Source: Bdellovibrionia bacterium (GTDB lineage Bacteria; Bdellovibrionota; UBA1018). From it: a DNA stretch of 17,735 bases. The position numbers were made by a program, and so were the translations under genes. Positions 16,419 to 17,735 of the stretch are shown here, one piece after another (position 1 is the first letter of the stretch; the number at the start of each line of letters is the position of its first letter). Where the stretch lies: contig JBMSSC010000050.1 of NCBI GenBank assembly GCA_049424145.1, positions 1 to 17,735 of the forward strand, given 5' to 3'. The notes under the pieces are model-generated. The model worked only from the letters and a program-made list of their open reading frames with translations, did no database searches and was not told the origin of the DNA.

Positions 16419-16784
16419 CTAAACTTGCATTCTCATGATCTCACGATACGCATCTAAAATTTTGTTCCGAACCTGCATCATCAGCTTCAACGATGTATCG
16501 GCTCTTTCAATGGTGAGCATCGTTTCATGAATGTTCTTATTCCGCCCTGCAACCATCTCTTTGATGGCCGTATCTGCTTGAGCTTGGTGGAGATTCACCT
16601 GATCCATCGAGTTGGTCAGGATTTCAGAGAATGTTTTCCCAGACTCACCTGCTCTTCCTGGGTTTTCAGCCCCAGGGGACTCTAACATCTCTCCTCGCTG
16701 CGTCTGAACGCGATCGGCATAGGAGCGAAGAAACTCTCCGGAGCGAGCAAACTGACTGAGATTATCGACCATCAAGTTAGACAT
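16419..16784 (-). CDS. fliE: Flagellar hook-basal body protein FliE
   Basis: IHETMLTIERADTSLKLMMQVRNKILDAYREIMRMQV signature. Confidence 0.97.
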   Translation of the reverse strand: MSNLMVDNLSQFARSGEFLRSYADRVQTQRGEMLESPGAENPGRAGESGKTFSEILTNSMDQVNLHQAQADTAIKEMVAGRNKNIHETMLTIERADTSLKLMMQVRNKILDAYREIMRMQV

Positions 16785-16841
16785 GGATCCTCTTCTTTTC
16801 TTGGATCATTTTTTTAAGCACGCCTCATTCTTCATTGACTA

Positions 16842-17279
16842 TTAGCGCCCAATCTCAAGGGCTTTTTGAGCCATCTGCTTGGCTGCTCCCATTGCCGTGA
16901 CATTCGCCTCGTAAGATCTCTGAGCACTGATCATATTGGCCATTTCCTCAACAGGATTGACATTGGGCATGGCAACGTAGCCTTCCGCATTGGCATCCGG
17001 ATGATTCGGGTTATAGACCATCCTCGGGGGTTTTTCGTCCTCGTGAATCCCCACCACACTGACGACCTGTATGTCCTCATCCAGCTGATTCTGTAGAATT
17101 TCCCCATAGCTCTCCCGATCGGTCTCCGCAGCAATGATGGGGTCTTTTCTCCTATAGGGGCCTCCATCGACACCACGCGTGGTTTCGGAATTAGCAATAT
17201 TGCTGGAAATGGTATTCATGCGCTTGGTTTGCGCATCAAGACCCGAAGCACTGACTCTCATGGATGAAAAAAAGTCCAT
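16842..17279 (-). CDS. flgC: Flagellar proximal rod protein FlgC
   Basis: ASGLDAQTKRMNTISSNIANSETT, PYRRK, YNPNHPDANAEGYVAMPNVN..EEM..MISAQRSYEAN. Confidence 0.98.
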   Translation of the reverse strand: MDFFSSMRVSASGLDAQTKRMNTISSNIANSETTRGVDGGPYRRKDPIIAAETDRESYGEILQNQLDEDIQVVSVVGIHEDEKPPRMVYNPNHPDANAEGYVAMPNVNPVEEMANMISAQRSYEANVTAMGAAKQMAQKALEIGR

Positions 17280-17695
17280 TAGTGATTACCTCCCCCTTCG
17301 CCGATGGCGTATTTGAGCATACCCAGTTTCTTCTTTAACATCTCAGCGGACGCATCATAGAGGATCTGATTTTCAGCCATCTTAGCCATCTCTGCGGCTC
17401 GATCCACGGTGTTTCCATCCAAGGATTCAACGCCATTGGGATCTTCGTAGATTTCTGGTGCAACCGCATCGGTGTCTAAATGCCCCAAGTGTCCTGCATG
17501 AGTTCGCATAGCTGGCGTTTCTGATCCCACCCCAAGAGCATCTCTCAGAGCAGACTCAAACTCCATTTTCTTGGCTTTGTAGCCAGGAGTATCAGCATTC
17601 GCAATATTGCTACTAATCACATTCTGATTCGCTAGCCTTAAATTCAAGGAGGTATTGAGGGCACCGATTGTTGCATCAAAACCACTATCGATCAT
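17279..17695 (-). CDS. flgB: Flagellar proximal rod protein FlgB
   Basis: ISSNIANADTPGYKAK, THAGHL, DGNTVD...EMAKMAENQILY; TAATG overlap with flgC. Confidence 0.98.
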   Translation of the reverse strand: MIDSGFDATIGALNTSLNLRLANQNVISSNIANADTPGYKAKKMEFESALRDALGVGSETPAMRTHAGHLGHLDTDAVAPEIYEDPNGVESLDGNTVDRAAEMAKMAENQILYDASAEMLKKKLGMLKYAIGEGGGNH

Positions 17696-17735
17696 TTCTG
17701 TTTCCTTTTTCTAATTTTAACAAAAATAGTTCAAT

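Noticed and set aside
40..17197. All plus-strand ORFs and the short alternative-frame minus-strand ORFs in the track (e.g. 4074-4484, 15816-16328, 5403-5600)
   Set aside because: They overlap well-conserved flagellar genes, show no recognisable motifs and are expected shadow ORFs.
17696..17735. Promoter upstream of flgB (extended -10-like TGTTAAAAT at 17714-17722; degenerate sigma54-like TTGAAC-N5-TTGT)
   Set aside because: Only 40 AT-rich bp are visible, chance matches are likely, and the sigma54-like match lacks the invariant GG and GC.
1..17735. Non-flagellar (injectisome) type III secretion system
   Set aside because: Rod, hook, hook-cap, FliL, FliG and FliM genes are present and no secretin or needle genes are seen, so this is a flagellar cluster.

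Overview
The window is one uninterrupted minus-strand flagellar basal-body/hook/switch/export cluster: flgB-flgC-fliE-fliF-fliG-fliH-fliI-fliJ-motE-like-fliK-flgD-(TIGR02530-type flagellar operon protein)-flgE-fliL-fliM-fliN-fliO-fliP-fliQ-fliR-flhB. flhB runs off the left edge and is missing from the ORF track. Gene order and protein style suggest Bdellovibrionota or a former-deltaproteobacterial lineage (inference). I see no mobile elements, RNA genes or CRISPR arrays. The interesting signals are in the spacers and in atypical protein segments. (1) Two abutting hairpins lie in the flgE leader, directly behind a small uncharacterised protein with an HAxxRxxxR motif reminiscent of BECR-fold RNases, a candidate protein plus cis-RNA regulator of hook synthesis. 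(2) The flgE-fliL spacer holds three inverted repeats and a correctly spaced sigma54 -24/-12 element inside a hairpin that would partly mask the fliL RBS. (3) FliL starts with a prepilin/class III-like leader. (4) FliO is long, with a signal peptide and an AMIN-like domain. (5) The fliM leader has twin GGA-loop hairpins resembling CsrA sites. All assignments come from reading motifs by eye; no searches were run.
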